Shown: one piece after another, positions 47,563 to 58,461 of the stretch | Numbering within the stretch: the stretch's first letter is position 1 | How the letters are laid out: each line of letters starts with the position of its first letter | DNA from: an uncultured Desulfosarcina sp. | GTDB taxonomy: Bacteria; Desulfobacterota; Desulfobacteria; Desulfobacterales; Desulfosarcinaceae | Length of the DNA stretch: 64,000 nucleotides | Reading direction: 5' to 3' | Assembly (NCBI GenBank): GCA_963674945.2 | Contig: CAXXWQ010000001.1 | Location: 352,001-416,000, forward strand | Program-made: the position numbers and the translations under genes | The notes under the pieces: generated by a model | Told to the model about the DNA's origin: nothing | The model's input: the letters and a program-made list of their open reading frames with translations, nothing else | Database searches by the model: none

Positions 47563-49206
47563 TTGGATAGGTTACTTGCATTGAAGAAAAAATCATTAGA
47601 TAGCATCAACAAAAAAAGCCGGTTGTACGCCAAAGGGTACGCATTCGGCGTGAGTGACGACGGGGTCGAGGGGTTCATCTATCCGGTCGCGAAAAATACG
47701 CGATCCATTTCATTGACCGACATTGCAGAAATTTTAAAATTGCACGGGGTTCAATACGGTATCCTCGAACCAAGTCTGCTGAAAGAGACCGTGGAGAGAA
47801 ATCCGATACCGGCCGATTCCTGGGTTATCGCCAAAGGAAAACCAACGGTTCCCGCTGAACCGGCAAAAATCGTGTATCACTTCGAGACCGATCCGTTGAA
47901 AATCGGCACCCTGAAGGAAACCGGGTTCATGGACTACAAGGATCGGGGGGAGATTCCCCAGGTCAAGGCGGGCACCTTACTGGCCGAAAAGATTTTGGGC
48001 GCCCCGGGTGAACCGGGCATCAACATCTATGGGGAACCCGTTCCCCAGCCCAAGCCTCCCGACCTGCGGCTCGGCCACGGAAAGGGCGTCGAATTGTCCG
48101 AAGACGGCCTCAAGGCGCTGGCCAGGACCGATGGACGTCCGGTTAAATCCGCAGACGGCAAGGTGCACGTTTTCGAGGACTTGATCATCGACGGAGACAT
48201 CGGAATCCGGACCGGTCACGTCCTGTTTGAAGGTCATGTGGAATCGACCGGTATCGTCAATGCCGGGTATAAGGTCCAATCCGGAAGTTTGCTTACCCGG
48301 GAGATCAACAACACCGAGTGCGAAACCGTCGGGAACATCAACGTCTTGGGCGGGGTCAATGGTGCCCAGTTGACATGCGGCGGCAACCTCCGTGCCCGCT
48401 ACATTCATCAATCGACCATTCAGGCCATGGGGGACGTGATCGTGGACCGGGACGTCTCCAATTCCACCATCATTTCCGGTGGAACGGTGATCGTGGACAA
48501 CGGCAAGATTTTGACCTCCACGGTGCAGGCCAGAAACGGCATTAAGGCCGCCGGCATCGGCTCCAGATCGTCGGAGACCTGTGATCTGATCGTTGGCATC
48601 GACAAAAGAATCGATGCGGCCGTGTCCGAGATCAAACTGCAGATTTCGGACAGGGCTGCGAAACTGGCCGAACTGGAGACTCTCGTTGCCGACCATGTGA
48701 ACCGGTCAAACAAAATCCAGCAGACCATCGCCAGCGCGGCGGAGGTACAGGCGGCGACACAGAACAAGCAGATTCAATTGGCGGACAAGCTAAAAAGCCT
48801 CGGACCGGATGCCAAGACCGACGCCTGGAAGATCAAATCCAAAATGGATATGTTGCGAACGGCGGCAGAGCGCTCCATCTCGACCATTACCAAGCTGCGG
48901 GAGGACCACCAGTCGCTTTTCGAGAAGATCGAGGATCTCCGGGAAGAGGTCGAGGCCGTCAAAAAGCAAATCGAACTGTTGGAAGGCGAGCTTGGTCAAC
49001 TGGACGAGTTTTCCCAAATCAAGGGGGGGGTGTTCGAACGCAACCCCGTGGTCCACTGCCTCGGTATCATCCACGCCGGAACCTCCATCCGTGGCCCCCA
49101 TGCGACGTTGGTGATGAAAGATACCGTCCGCCAGGTTAAAATCGTAGAAGTCAAACTGAAAAACAAGAAGGAGAAACCCTGGCGCATGGTTGTAAAAAAT
49201 AAATAG
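47563..49206 (+). CDS. FapA/DUF342 family protein
   Basis: VIAKGKP...MDYKDRGEIPQVKAGTLLAEK...GINIYG; beta-solenoid plus coiled coil; start uncertain. Confidence 0.88.
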   Translation: MDRLLALKKKSLDSINKKSRLYAKGYAFGVSDDGVEGFIYPVAKNTRSISLTDIAEILKLHGVQYGILEPSLLKETVERNPIPADSWVIAKGKPTVPAEPAKIVYHFETDPLKIGTLKETGFMDYKDRGEIPQVKAGTLLAEKILGAPGEPGINIYGEPVPQPKPPDLRLGHGKGVELSEDGLKALARTDGRPVKSADGKVHVFEDLIIDGDIGIRTGHVLFEGHVESTGIVNAGYKVQSGSLLTREINNTECETVGNINVLGGVNGAQLTCGGNLRARYIHQSTIQAMGDVIVDRDVSNSTIISGGTVIVDNGKILTSTVQARNGIKAAGIGSRSSETCDLIVGIDKRIDAAVSEIKLQISDRAAKLAELETLVADHVNRSNKIQQTIASAAEVQAATQNKQIQLADKLKSLGPDAKTDAWKIKSKMDMLRTAAERSISTITKLREDHQSLFEKIEDLREEVEAVKKQIELLEGELGQLDEFSQIKGGVFERNPVVHCLGIIHAGTSIRGPHATLVMKDTVRQVKIVEVKLKNKKEKPWRMVVKNK

Positions 49207-49536
49207 TCCAGGTTTGACGGTGCCGTAAAACGCTTTTCCAAGTCAAATTTGGTCGCGCAGCCACATGCAGGAACCGCATTCTTTCATTGCTTCGCCGATG
49301 GTCTGACAAGGGGAACCGCTTTTTTTACAAATTCTTTGCTTGTCTTTGCGCAATTCCCTATAAATCCGATATTTTCGTCTGCGCTTCACCCCTCCTTTCT
49401 GCGATGGTTCCTTGTTCCCCAATTCACCCTTCAAACTTCGCGGATCCACTTGACTTTGCCAACGCACTCTTTATTATTATCCGGTAAGAACGTTTCCTAC
49501 CACTGACAATCCAATGCAACCCGTCGAGGTATCCAT

Positions 49537-50943
49537 ATGTTATCCCACCTGGACCCCGTAATTTTGGCACGTATCCAGTTCGCCTTTACCGTGGCCTATC
49601 ACATTACCTTTCCGGCGTTCACCATCGGACTGGCCAGTTGGCTTGCCGTGGTCGAATGGCGCTGGATCAAAACCGGCAACCCTGTCTACGAACAGGTCTA
49701 CCGCATGTGGGTGAAGATTTTCGCCGTGACCTTCGGCATGGGCGTGGTCAGCGGCGTGGTGCTCAGCTACCAGTTCGGTACCAACTGGTCGGTTTTTTCC
49801 GACAAGGTCGGCAGCGTGCTCGGACCGATTTTGGGCTACGAGGTACTCACCGCCTTCTTTCTGGAGGCCTCCTTTCTGGGCATCATGCTCTTTGGCTGGA
49901 ATCGGGTGAGCAAAAAGATGCATTTTGCCGCCACCATCATCGTTGCGGTGGGGACCGTGATTTCCGCTTTCTGGATCCTCTCCGCCAACAGCTGGATGCA
50001 GACACCGGCCGGTTTTCGCCAGGGGTCGGACGGCCTGCTCTATCCCACCGACTGGATGCAGGTAATTTTCAACCCGTCCTTTCCCTATCGTTTCATTCAC
50101 ATGGTCACCGCAGCCTATCTGACCACGGCCTTTGTGGTGGGCGGTATCGGCGGGTATTACCTGTGGCGGGGACGATTCGTGAAACATGCCCGGGTCATGC
50201 TGGGCATGGCCATGATCATGGCCATTTTCGTTGCGCCCATGCAGCTTCTGTTCGGCGATCTGCACGGTTTGAACACTTTCGAATACCAGCCGGCAAAGGT
50301 GGCGGCCATGGAGGGAATCTGGGACACGGAAAAGGGCGCCGCCCTTCGCCTTTTCGCGTTGCCGGATCAGATTCAGGAGCGAAACCGTTTGGAGATCGCC
50401 ATTCCCAGGCTCTCCAGCCTCATCCTCACCCATGATCCCAACGGCGAGGTGAAAGGACTGAAAAGCTGGCCCCGTAGGGACCGCCCGCCCGTCGCCGTGG
50501 TTTTCTGGACCTTTCGCATCATGGTCGGCTTGGGGATGCTGATGATCGCCACCGGCCTGATCGCCCTGGTGCTCTATTTTCGCAAGCGGCTCTTTTCCAC
50601 CCGGTGGTTTCATCTGTGGTGCATGGCCATGACACCCGCCGGTTTTGCGGCCGTTCTGGCCGGATGGTTCGTCACCGAGGTGGGCCGGCAGCCCTTCATC
50701 GTCCACGACGTGCTGCGCACAGCCGAAACCATCTCTCCGGTGGCCGGCGGCTCCGTCTTCATCTCTTTGATCGTCTTCGTCCTCACTTACGGCATCGTGT
50801 TCACCGCCGGTGCTTACTACATCCTCAAACTCATCGGCAAGGGACCGGACGACACCGAAGACGATACCTATGGCAGCCACGGCGTCGAAACGCCGCCCCT
50901 GGTCACCGATATCGCCGCCCAAACAGGAGGGAAAGATGTTTAA
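49537..50943 (+). CDS. cydA: Cytochrome bd quinol oxidase subunit I
   Basis: LARIQFAFTVAYHITFP, FGMGVVSG, ANSWMQTPAG, QPAKVAAMEG, GWFVTEVGRQP. Confidence 0.96.
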   Translation: MLSHLDPVILARIQFAFTVAYHITFPAFTIGLASWLAVVEWRWIKTGNPVYEQVYRMWVKIFAVTFGMGVVSGVVLSYQFGTNWSVFSDKVGSVLGPILGYEVLTAFFLEASFLGIMLFGWNRVSKKMHFAATIIVAVGTVISAFWILSANSWMQTPAGFRQGSDGLLYPTDWMQVIFNPSFPYRFIHMVTAAYLTTAFVVGGIGGYYLWRGRFVKHARVMLGMAMIMAIFVAPMQLLFGDLHGLNTFEYQPAKVAAMEGIWDTEKGAALRLFALPDQIQERNRLEIAIPRLSSLILTHDPNGEVKGLKSWPRRDRPPVAVVFWTFRIMVGLGMLMIATGLIALVLYFRKRLFSTRWFHLWCMAMTPAGFAAVLAGWFVTEVGRQPFIVHDVLRTAETISPVAGGSVFISLIVFVLTYGIVFTAGAYYILKLIGKGPDDTEDDTYGSHGVETPPLVTDIAAQTGGKDV

Positions 50944-51964
50944 TTTCGATGGTTTTCTGGATCTTCCGTTGGTCTGGTATTCACTGATCGCCACGGCCAT
51001 CTTTCTTTATATCCTGCTGGATGGCTTCGATCTGGGTGTCGGCATCCTCTTTCCTTTCGCCCCCACGGACCAGTGCCGGGATCGCATGATGAACTCCATC
51101 GCCCCCTTTTGGGACGGGAACGAGACCTGGCTCGTGCTGGGCGGCGGCGGTCTTTTCGCCGCCTTCCCCCTGGCATACGCCATACTCATGCCGGCGTTCT
51201 ATATTCCCATCATCCTCATGCTGATCGGACTGGTCTTCCGCGGCGTCGCCTTCGAGTTTCGGTTCAAGGCAACCGGAACATCCAGGCGGATCTGGGATTT
51301 CTCCTTTCACTTCGGATCCCTGATGGCCACCTTCATGCAGGGCATGGTGCTGGGAACCTTCGTTCACGGCGTCGCCGTGGATGGCCGCGATTTCGCAGGC
51401 GGTCCCTTGGACTGGCTCAATGCCTTCGGTGTCATGACCGGCGTGGCCCTTATCACCGGCTATTCGCTTCTGGGCGCCACCTGGACCATCGCCAAGACCG
51501 AGGGCGAGACCCAGGCGTGGGCGAGAAAGTGCGCCCGATACGTGATGATCTACGTGGCGATTTTCATGGGGCTGGTGAGCCTTACCATGCCACTCATGAA
51601 TGCAGACATCAAAGCGCTGTGGTTCAGCCTGCCCAACTTTTTCTTCCTCCAACCCATGCCCATCCTTTCGGTGGTCTTCTTCTTCCTGCTCTGGAAAGAT
51701 CTTCGCACCGTCGAGCGGGAATACCGGCCCTTTTTCCTCACCCTCGGTATCTTTTTGATGAATTATATCGGCATCGGGGTGAGTACCTGGCCGTGGCTGG
51801 TGCCTTTCAAGGTGTCCATCTGGGATGCCGCCGCCGCACCCGAGTCCCAGTCCCTGCTGCTTTTGGGAACCGCGTTTCTTTTGCCCTGCGTCCTGGCATA
51901 TACGGCTTACTGCTTCTACGTGTTTCGTGGAAAGGCGTCCCATGAGCACGAAGGAGCCTATTGA
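50936..51964 (+). CDS. cydB: Cytochrome bd quinol oxidase subunit II
   Basis: LDGFDLGVG, PFWDGNETWLVLGGGGLFAAFP; probable start MFNFDG overlapping the cydA stop. Confidence 0.95.
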   Translation: MFNFDGFLDLPLVWYSLIATAIFLYILLDGFDLGVGILFPFAPTDQCRDRMMNSIAPFWDGNETWLVLGGGGLFAAFPLAYAILMPAFYIPIILMLIGLVFRGVAFEFRFKATGTSRRIWDFSFHFGSLMATFMQGMVLGTFVHGVAVDGRDFAGGPLDWLNAFGVMTGVALITGYSLLGATWTIAKTEGETQAWARKCARYVMIYVAIFMGLVSLTMPLMNADIKALWFSLPNFFFLQPMPILSVVFFFLLWKDLRTVEREYRPFFLTLGIFLMNYIGIGVSTWPWLVPFKVSIWDAAAAPESQSLLLLGTAFLLPCVLAYTAYCFYVFRGKASHEHEGAY

Positions 51965-52091
51965 ACCTTCCCCGAACAGCAACAGGCGGCTTCGCCAGTG
52001 GCTCTGGTTCATCGGACTGGCCTTGGCCGGGATGGCGGCCATGCTGGTTGTCGCCGGTTCGGTCCGGCTGATGCTCAGGGCGTTTGCTTGA
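51942..52091 (+). CDS. Small single-TM protein (DUF2474-like bd accessory subunit)
   Basis: MSTKEPIEPSPNSNRRLRQWLWFIGLALAGMAAMLVVAGSVRLMLRAFA, overlapping the cydB end. Confidence 0.7.
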   Translation: MSTKEPIEPSPNSNRRLRQWLWFIGLALAGMAAMLVVAGSVRLMLRAFA

Positions 52092-52199
52092 TCTTTCGTT
52101 TCTCTTTGCCGCGTTCGAATCCATTTTATGAAAGAACAAACGATCGGCGGTCGGATACGAAGCACCAAATTTTGCTTTGACCGGTTCTTGTATGAAAAC

Positions 52200-52226
52200 A
52201 AAGGGAGGCGCCCCGCCTCCCTTTTC
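52200..52226 (+). terminator. Intrinsic terminator after the cyd operon
   Basis: AAAGGGAGGCG-CCC-CGCCTCCCTTTT. Confidence 0.7.
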
Positions 52227-52298
52227 GCTCCGATTATCGACTTCTTTCATCGCAACCGATTCATGTGTCTTACACGCGTCATTTTGTAAAAGGTATTC

Positions 52299-53117
52299 AT
52301 GATGGTTGAATTCATCCAACAATTTAATCCCGTTGTTCAGGCGTTTATCGCGACACTTTTTACTTGGGGCGTAACGGCAGCCGGTGCGGCTCTTGTCTTT
52401 ATCACCAGTACCGTTGACCAAAAGCTTCTGGATTCAATGCTCGGATTCGCGGCAGGCGTTATGATTGCCGCGAGCTTCTGGTCATTGCTCTCACCCGGCA
52501 TCGAGATGGCGGAACAATTGGGACAGGTCCCATGGTTGACAGCGGTTTTCGGATTCATGGCCGGTGGAATTTTTATGCGAATTACGGACAGGCTTCTTCC
52601 CCATCTTCATCCCGGACTGAGCATCGATAAAAGCGAAGGAATAAAGACGTCTTGGCAACGAAGCACCCTTCTCGTACTTGCCATCACTCTCCACAATATA
52701 CCGGAGGGCCTTGCTGTCGGCGTTGCTTTCGGTGCGGTGGCGGCAAACCTCCCCTCTGCGACAATTGGTGGCGCAATTGCCCTGGCAATTGGCATTGGAA
52801 TCCAAAACTTCCCCGAGGGCACCGCAGTATCGGTTCCCTTGAGAAGAGAGGGGATGACAAAGGGCAAAAGCTTTTTCATGGGGCAGGCTTCAGGAATGGT
52901 AGAGCCGGTTGCCGGCGCTATCGGCGCATTGTTCGTTTTAAAAATGCAAAATGTTCTGCCTTATGCGCTATGTTTTGCGGCTGGCGCAATGATTTTCGTC
53001 GTTGTTGAGGAACTCATTCCCGAGTCACAAAGAAAAGTGGAAAACATCGACACGGTAACAATGACAACGATGGTGGGATTTTCCGTGATGATGCTCCTCG
53101 ATGTGGCTTTGGGATAA
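52299..53117 (+). CDS. ZIP-family (ZupT/GufA) metal transporter
   Basis: LGFAAGVMIAASFWSLL, ITLHNIPEGLAVG, IQNFPEG, ELIPE. Confidence 0.94.
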   Translation: MMVEFIQQFNPVVQAFIATLFTWGVTAAGAALVFITSTVDQKLLDSMLGFAAGVMIAASFWSLLSPGIEMAEQLGQVPWLTAVFGFMAGGIFMRITDRLLPHLHPGLSIDKSEGIKTSWQRSTLLVLAITLHNIPEGLAVGVAFGAVAANLPSATIGGAIALAIGIGIQNFPEGTAVSVPLRREGMTKGKSFFMGQASGMVEPVAGAIGALFVLKMQNVLPYALCFAAGAMIFVVVEELIPESQRKVENIDTVTMTTMVGFSVMMLLDVALG

Positions 53118-53350
53118 ATCGAATTCTTATCCCAAAGCAATTAAGAGCTCTGAAAGGAAGAAGACTGGTTGTCCGAAGCCGTGCAGGTGGCAGGTGAACA
53201 AAAGGGCATTTAAGGTTTTTTGCAATCGGCCGATTAAATGTCGTCAGAGTACACCGACGGGCAAGGTGGGTATGTAATGTTCGATATGATCCGGCGAATC
53301 GGAAGCCTGTAGGTTATTGTTATTTCGATTACGTTTCGGAGATTATCGTC

Positions 53351-54862
53351 ATGTTTACCAAATTACGTCTGAAGACAAAATTACTGTTCGCTTTTCTGTG
53401 TGTCGGCATCCTCCCTTTTGCCGTAATGGCCATCGTGGCCCTGCACAAAGCCGACGCAGCCCTTGAAAACCAGGCCTTTTCCCAGATGCAAAGCATGCGG
53501 AACGTGAAGAAAGATCAGGTGGTAGATTACCTTCAGACCATCAAAGATCAAGCGATCACTTTCTCGGAAAACCGCATGATTGTTTCCGCCATGGACGGAT
53601 TCTCAAAATCGTTTGAGACGTTTATGGACGAAAATGAATTGAACGACCAGAAGATTACAGGTTTGCGTGACAAACTGGCGACCTATTATACTCAGGATTT
53701 CAGCTCCTCCTACCGGGAACAAAACGACGGGAAATCGCCGGATGTCAATTCAATTGTCGGGAAAATCGACAGCAGCACCGTAGCCCTGCAGTACCACTAT
53801 ATCAAGGCCAATCCCAACCCCCTGGGCGCCAAAGATACGCTGGATCGTGCAGACGACAGATCCACCTATAGCCGGCTTCATGGGCGATACCATCCCATTA
53901 TTCGAAGTTTTTTACAAAAATTCGGCTACTATGACATCTTCCTGGTAGACGCGGAGACCGGGAAAATTGTCTACTCGGTATTCAAGGAGCTTGATTTTGC
54001 AACTTCATTGATCGACGGGCCCTACGCCAGGACCAATTTTGGACAGCTATTCCGTAACGCCAATGCCGCCGAATCGGCCGATACGGTGGTCTTTGCCGAT
54101 TTCAAACAATATTTCCCTTCCTACGAAGCGCCGGCCGGTTTCGTGGCCTCACCCATATTCAGCGGAGGACAGAAAATCGGGGTCCTCATGTTCCAGTTTC
54201 CCATAGACACCTTGAATAAGATCATGTCTGAAAGGGCCGGCATGGGAGAAAGCGGCGAGACCTATCTGGTGGGCCATGATCTGCTGATGCGGTCGGATTC
54301 CTATCTGGACCCGGAAAATCATTCCGTGGCAACCTCCTTTCGTCATCCTGAAAAAGGCAAGGTGAATACCGCCGCCACTGCGGCGGCATTGGACGGTAAG
54401 ACGGAAGAGAAAATCATCATCGATTACAACGGCAACCCTGTTCTTTCCGCCTACACCCCCATTGCGTTCGAAGGGCTGCAATGGGTCTTGCTGGCCGAAA
54501 TCGACGAAGCCGAGGCGTTTGCGGCGGTGAAGTCCCTTCAATGGGTTGCCCTCATCGTCGCCTTCATCGGCATTGCCGCGATTGTTGTCGTGGCGCTGTT
54601 ATTGACCCGGGCCATCGTACGCCCGGTGCTAGGTGTGGTCGCCAACCTCACCGATCTGGCTGAGGGGGAGGGTGATCTAACCACTCGTCTACCGGTTACC
54701 GCCGAGGACGAAATCGGTGAGTTGGCCCGGCGCTTCAATGAATTTATGGACAAATTGCACGCCATGATCAGGGAAATCTCCAAAGGGGTCGAAACTCTGA
54801 CCGCTTCTTCCACCGAATTGTCGGCGATTTCCCAACAAATTGTGCCCTATCACCTGGTATGA
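53351..54862 (+). pseudogene. Methyl-accepting chemotaxis protein truncated by prophage insertion
   Basis: TM-Cache-TM-HAMP (GEGDLTTRL...DEIGELARRFN), then ends at ELSAISQQ without the signalling domain. The last codons come from the inserted DNA. Confidence 0.85.
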
Positions 54863-55239
54863 AACCAATGGGATTGGCCGGGATTTGATGTGATGTGGTG
54901 GGATGTGTCGTGATTTTGGTTGGTTGTGATTGGACTGGATCGGATAACGGCGTTACAGTCGGTTTGAAACCAAAATGGAAATTTCGGGTGGATTTGACGG
55001 CTGGTTTAAAACCATGTGATATCTACGACAGGTGTTTGAAATAGATATGAAGGCGCGTTGATTAATGATTTAAGCCAGATTTAAAAGTTGTTTTCAGAAA
55101 CAGTAAAATGAAAAAAGTCGGAAATGAACGGAAATGGGTAAAAAATTATATAAAAATAGATTTTATTAATTATTTCGGTTGGTAATAAAAACAGCAGATT
55201 TTTGAAAGTCGGAAATGAGTTTGACGTATTTTTGGTAAC

Positions 55240-55632
55240 CTAATTGCCGTTGGAGTATTCCGGCTTTGCCCATCCGCTACCAATAACGATCATGGCGGCA
55301 AACGTTTTAACTTCTTGGTTTGAAAACAGCATGATATTTTTACCGTCATCAGGGTCCCTCTTAAAAACCTTATCGAGCGAATTTGCTAATTCTATGGCAT
55401 ACGGCTTGTAATCATCAGGCTCATTAAACCTTGATGTCAAGTCGTCATTTAATAATCCTGCTTTAGCATATGCGGCAAGAAAATTAGCACATGTCGCCAT
55501 TTTATTTGCATAGGTGGCCTTTTGCCATTCAAGTGCATTCGCTTCAAATAATGTTCCGCCCTCGTACCACTCGCCACAAAAAACGCACGTCGGAAATAAT
55601 ATTAAAAGAAGCATAAATATTGTTTTTTTCAT
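55240..55632 (-). CDS. Exported hypothetical protein (prophage accessory)
   Basis: Signal peptide, RBS, AT-rich ORF. Confidence 0.7.
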   Translation of the reverse strand: MKKTIFMLLLILFPTCVFCGEWYEGGTLFEANALEWQKATYANKMATCANFLAAYAKAGLLNDDLTSRFNEPDDYKPYAIELANSLDKVFKRDPDDGKNIMLFSNQEVKTFAAMIVIGSGWAKPEYSNGN

Positions 55633-55955
55633 TTAAGCCTTCCCCTCTTTTTTATACATCCTCAAAAAAGTTTGGCCATTCCTTGGGATGGAATAAATAC
55701 ATCTTCTCCGTCATACTGTTGTGCGCCGCAAAGCAGTGGAAATTTGGACATAGTAAATCCAGGGGTTGATGGACCGCCGATGTAGATGTGTTCGATATGA
55801 CCCCAAGCACGCAAATCAGAAGGAATCAACTTGGCGTCATCTTTTATTTTCATTTTTAAATAAAGCACATTTGACCAACCATATTTTTCACAGCGATAAT
55901 CATAATATGAATCCTTGTCGCATGACATTTTTGAAACATATTCAATATATTCAAT

Positions 55956-57361
55956 CACTCTTGTCCAAGAACCGATTTGAACAGAAGTAATTCGATAAGC
56001 ACTTGAAAAAAAGCCTCCTTGTAAGGCATGGTTTAATCGCCAAAAGAAACCGTTAGCCAAACAAAGGAGGCAGACAGATGGTACGCCATGCAAGCTTGTT
56101 CAGTCAACTGGTTGCTTTGTTTCATCGAGGTCAATTTTTCAATCTGGTTTTTCGTCATCAAGCTGAACGTTACGCAAAAGGCTTCAGCAGTTGGGACCAT
56201 TTTGTAGCCATGCTTTTTTGTCAACTGGCTCAAGCCAAGAGTCTGCGTGAAATTTGTGGCGGATTATCCTGTTGCCTTGGCAAACTCCGTCACCTTGGGG
56301 TGAAAAAGGCGCCGAACAAATCCACGTTGTCCTATGCCAATGCCCATCGGCCCTGGCAAATGTATCGCGACCTTTTTTACCAGACACTTGATGTGTGCAA
56401 GATGACAGGTCCAGGCAAACATCGGTTCCGATTTAAAAATAAGTTGCTGTCGCTGGACAGTTCAACCATTTCGCTGTGTTTGTCGCTTTTTCCGTGGGCA
56501 AAATTCCGCCAGACCAAGGGGGCCGTTAAACTTCACTTGCTATTGGATCATGACGGGTATCTGCCGACCTATGCTTATATCTCCAACGGCAAAAAGCATG
56601 ATGTCACCATTGCCCGTAAGATTCCTCTGTCACCCCAATCGATCGTCGCCATGGATCGGGGGTATAATGATTATCGGCTATTTGCTTACTGGACGGAAAA
56701 TCAGATCTATTTTGTCACCCGTTTAAAGGACAATGCCGATTACACGGTGATTGAACAACGACAGGTCCCTTTCAATAGAAACATCCTGTCCGACGAATTG
56801 ATCCAGTTCAACGGTCACTACGCTCGTAAGAATTGTCCCCACACGCTACGAAAGGTAACCGTTTGGGATAAAGAACAGGATCGTGAAATCGTATTGCTGA
56901 CCAATCATCTGGAATTTGGGGCCACCACAATATCCGCCATTTACAAAGATCGATGGCAAATAGAATTGTTCTTCAAGGCACTCAAACAGAATCTGAAGGT
57001 GAAAACCTTTGTTGGAACCAGCGAGAATGCGCTGTATATCCAGATTTGGACAGCATTAATTGCCATGCTGCTAATCAAGTACCTGAAGTTTAAGTCCCGA
57101 TTCAATTGGTCGTTGTCAAATCTGGTTGCTTTTCTCAGATGGAATCTTTTTACTTACAGGGATTTATGGGAATGGATTGACAAACCATTCGATGTTCTCC
57201 CCGGAATGATTCAGCATGTCCAATATCAACTTCCATTTAAAGGAATTGGACAGCACAAGTTGAAAATGGGAACCTGATCTTGAAGTTTGCGGTTTATACC
57301 GCCTAAACAATTGAAATTTCAAAGAGCAATTAAGAATTTCTATTTATTTTGGACAGCAGTG
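55956..57361 (+). mobile_element. IS4-family insertion sequence, complete, with 9-bp TSD ATATTCAAT
   Basis: IRL CACTCTTGTCCAAGA and IRR (reverse complement) CACTGCTGTCCAAAA; ATATTCAAT on both flanks. Confidence 0.92.
56078..57277 (+). CDS. IS4-family transposase (DUF4372 plus DDE_Tnp_1)
   Basis: LDSSTI, VKLH, MDRGY, YKDRWQIELFFKALKQ. Confidence 0.95.
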   Translation: MVRHASLFSQLVALFHRGQFFNLVFRHQAERYAKGFSSWDHFVAMLFCQLAQAKSLREICGGLSCCLGKLRHLGVKKAPNKSTLSYANAHRPWQMYRDLFYQTLDVCKMTGPGKHRFRFKNKLLSLDSSTISLCLSLFPWAKFRQTKGAVKLHLLLDHDGYLPTYAYISNGKKHDVTIARKIPLSPQSIVAMDRGYNDYRLFAYWTENQIYFVTRLKDNADYTVIEQRQVPFNRNILSDELIQFNGHYARKNCPHTLRKVTVWDKEQDREIVLLTNHLEFGATTISAIYKDRWQIELFFKALKQNLKVKTFVGTSENALYIQIWTALIAMLLIKYLKFKSRFNWSLSNLVAFLRWNLFTYRDLWEWIDKPFDVLPGMIQHVQYQLPFKGIGQHKLKMGT

Positions 57362-57613
57362 ATATTCAATATCATCGAGATATTTTTGTTTTAATGGTTG
57401 GCACGTCATAAAAAATTCAAAAACGGCTATGCGCAGAATTTCTTGTTCTCCCTTGTTTATAGCTGTATTCATTTTTATGTGAACTGTTCTTTCAAGGGGT
57501 TTTGCTTTCTGTTCGTTCGAATAATCATTAGAGCATCCTGCCAACATTAATAAAGACAATATTGAGAAAATAATTTTATTCATCAGAAAATTCCTTCATT
57601 TTAAATACACTGC

Positions 57614-57988
57614 TCAAATACCAAAACAGGTTTCGGGTTCATTCCTTGGAGCGAAAATCCTGACGAGGGCGCATCGGTGATCGAACGGATATATAATCCC
57701 GACGCGGAGCAAACCTTCAAATTTAAAATGCAAAGTGGATATGAGTCTTGTATCTATTGTCTTGCATACCGCATCGAGTATTTTTTTCGGCCTGTCAATA
57801 TCAGTAAAATCATGTAAATAACAACCAGCCAGATATTTGATTCCCACGGTTTTCGGGAAGTTGCCATAGGTTGTGACATGCCCAATATAGCCTGATAGAT
57901 GGACAACCATCTCCAAATACCCATCGTGAAATTTTCTATCGCTGACGCGCTGATCACGACGGGGCGGCTCAATAGAACTCTGTTTCAT
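57614..57988 (-). CDS. Hypothetical protein
   Basis: ORF co-oriented with and just downstream of the repressor. Confidence 0.5.
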   Translation of the reverse strand: MKQSSIEPPRRDQRVSDRKFHDGYLEMVVHLSGYIGHVTTYGNFPKTVGIKYLAGCYLHDFTDIDRPKKILDAVCKTIDTRLISTLHFKFEGLLRVGIIYPFDHRCALVRIFAPRNEPETCFGI

Positions 57989-58008
57989 TCTCTGGTGCCC
58001 GTCAGCCT

Positions 58009-58461
58009 TTATTTTTTTGCTGTATCTTCCGTCCCTGTCAAACGAGTTTCATCGTCGACGGAATGTTTTTGCTTCGCCTCCTGGGCAGCCCTTTTTATGT
58101 ATCCGCCGATCTCATAAAAATTTTTTGTCGATGCCTTTTCCAGGGCCACCAGCGCCTCATTGACCTCGATAGCGAATTCCTTGTCATCGAATTCCTGAAT
58201 GACACAATTGTGTTTAATATCGAGGACGTTCGAGGAGTGCCTCTGTTGGCCGACATAAGGCGAGCCTTCACCAGTTAAAAGCCAATTTAAATCTGCCGAT
58301 TGGCATATTCCCCAATCTATAATTTTTGCAAGTAATGTTCCACGTTTTTTTCTTCTGCTAAACTCTTGTGGCGTTAAATCGAATAGTTCAGCGATCTCTT
58401 TATCGCTTTTTAAATCCTCCATTTCTTTTAATCGGCGTATTATTTCTGGCAAATTATCCAT
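58009..58461 (-). CDS. Phage CI-like HTH repressor
   Basis: IIRRLKEMEDLKSDKEIAELFDLTPQEFSRRKKRG...ADLNWLLTGEGSP; probable start MDNLPE. Confidence 0.85.
   Translation of the reverse strand: MDNLPEIIRRLKEMEDLKSDKEIAELFDLTPQEFSRRKKRGTLLAKIIDWGICQSADLNWLLTGEGSPYVGQQRHSSNVLDIKHNCVIQEFDDKEFAIEVNEALVALEKASTKNFYEIGGYIKRAAQEAKQKHSVDDETRLTGTEDTAKK

Larger units (their letters stand above)
55662..57583 (-). pseudogene. Prophage lipoprotein gene split by IS4
   Basis: N-part 57583-57362 (lipobox LAGC ... KYLDDIEY) rejoins in frame with C-part 55955-55662 (IEYIEYVSKMSCDK...AKLF*). Confidence 0.85.

Noticed and set aside
49540..52201. 486-aa and 406-aa minus-strand ORFs
   Set aside because: Antisense shadows of cydA and cydB.
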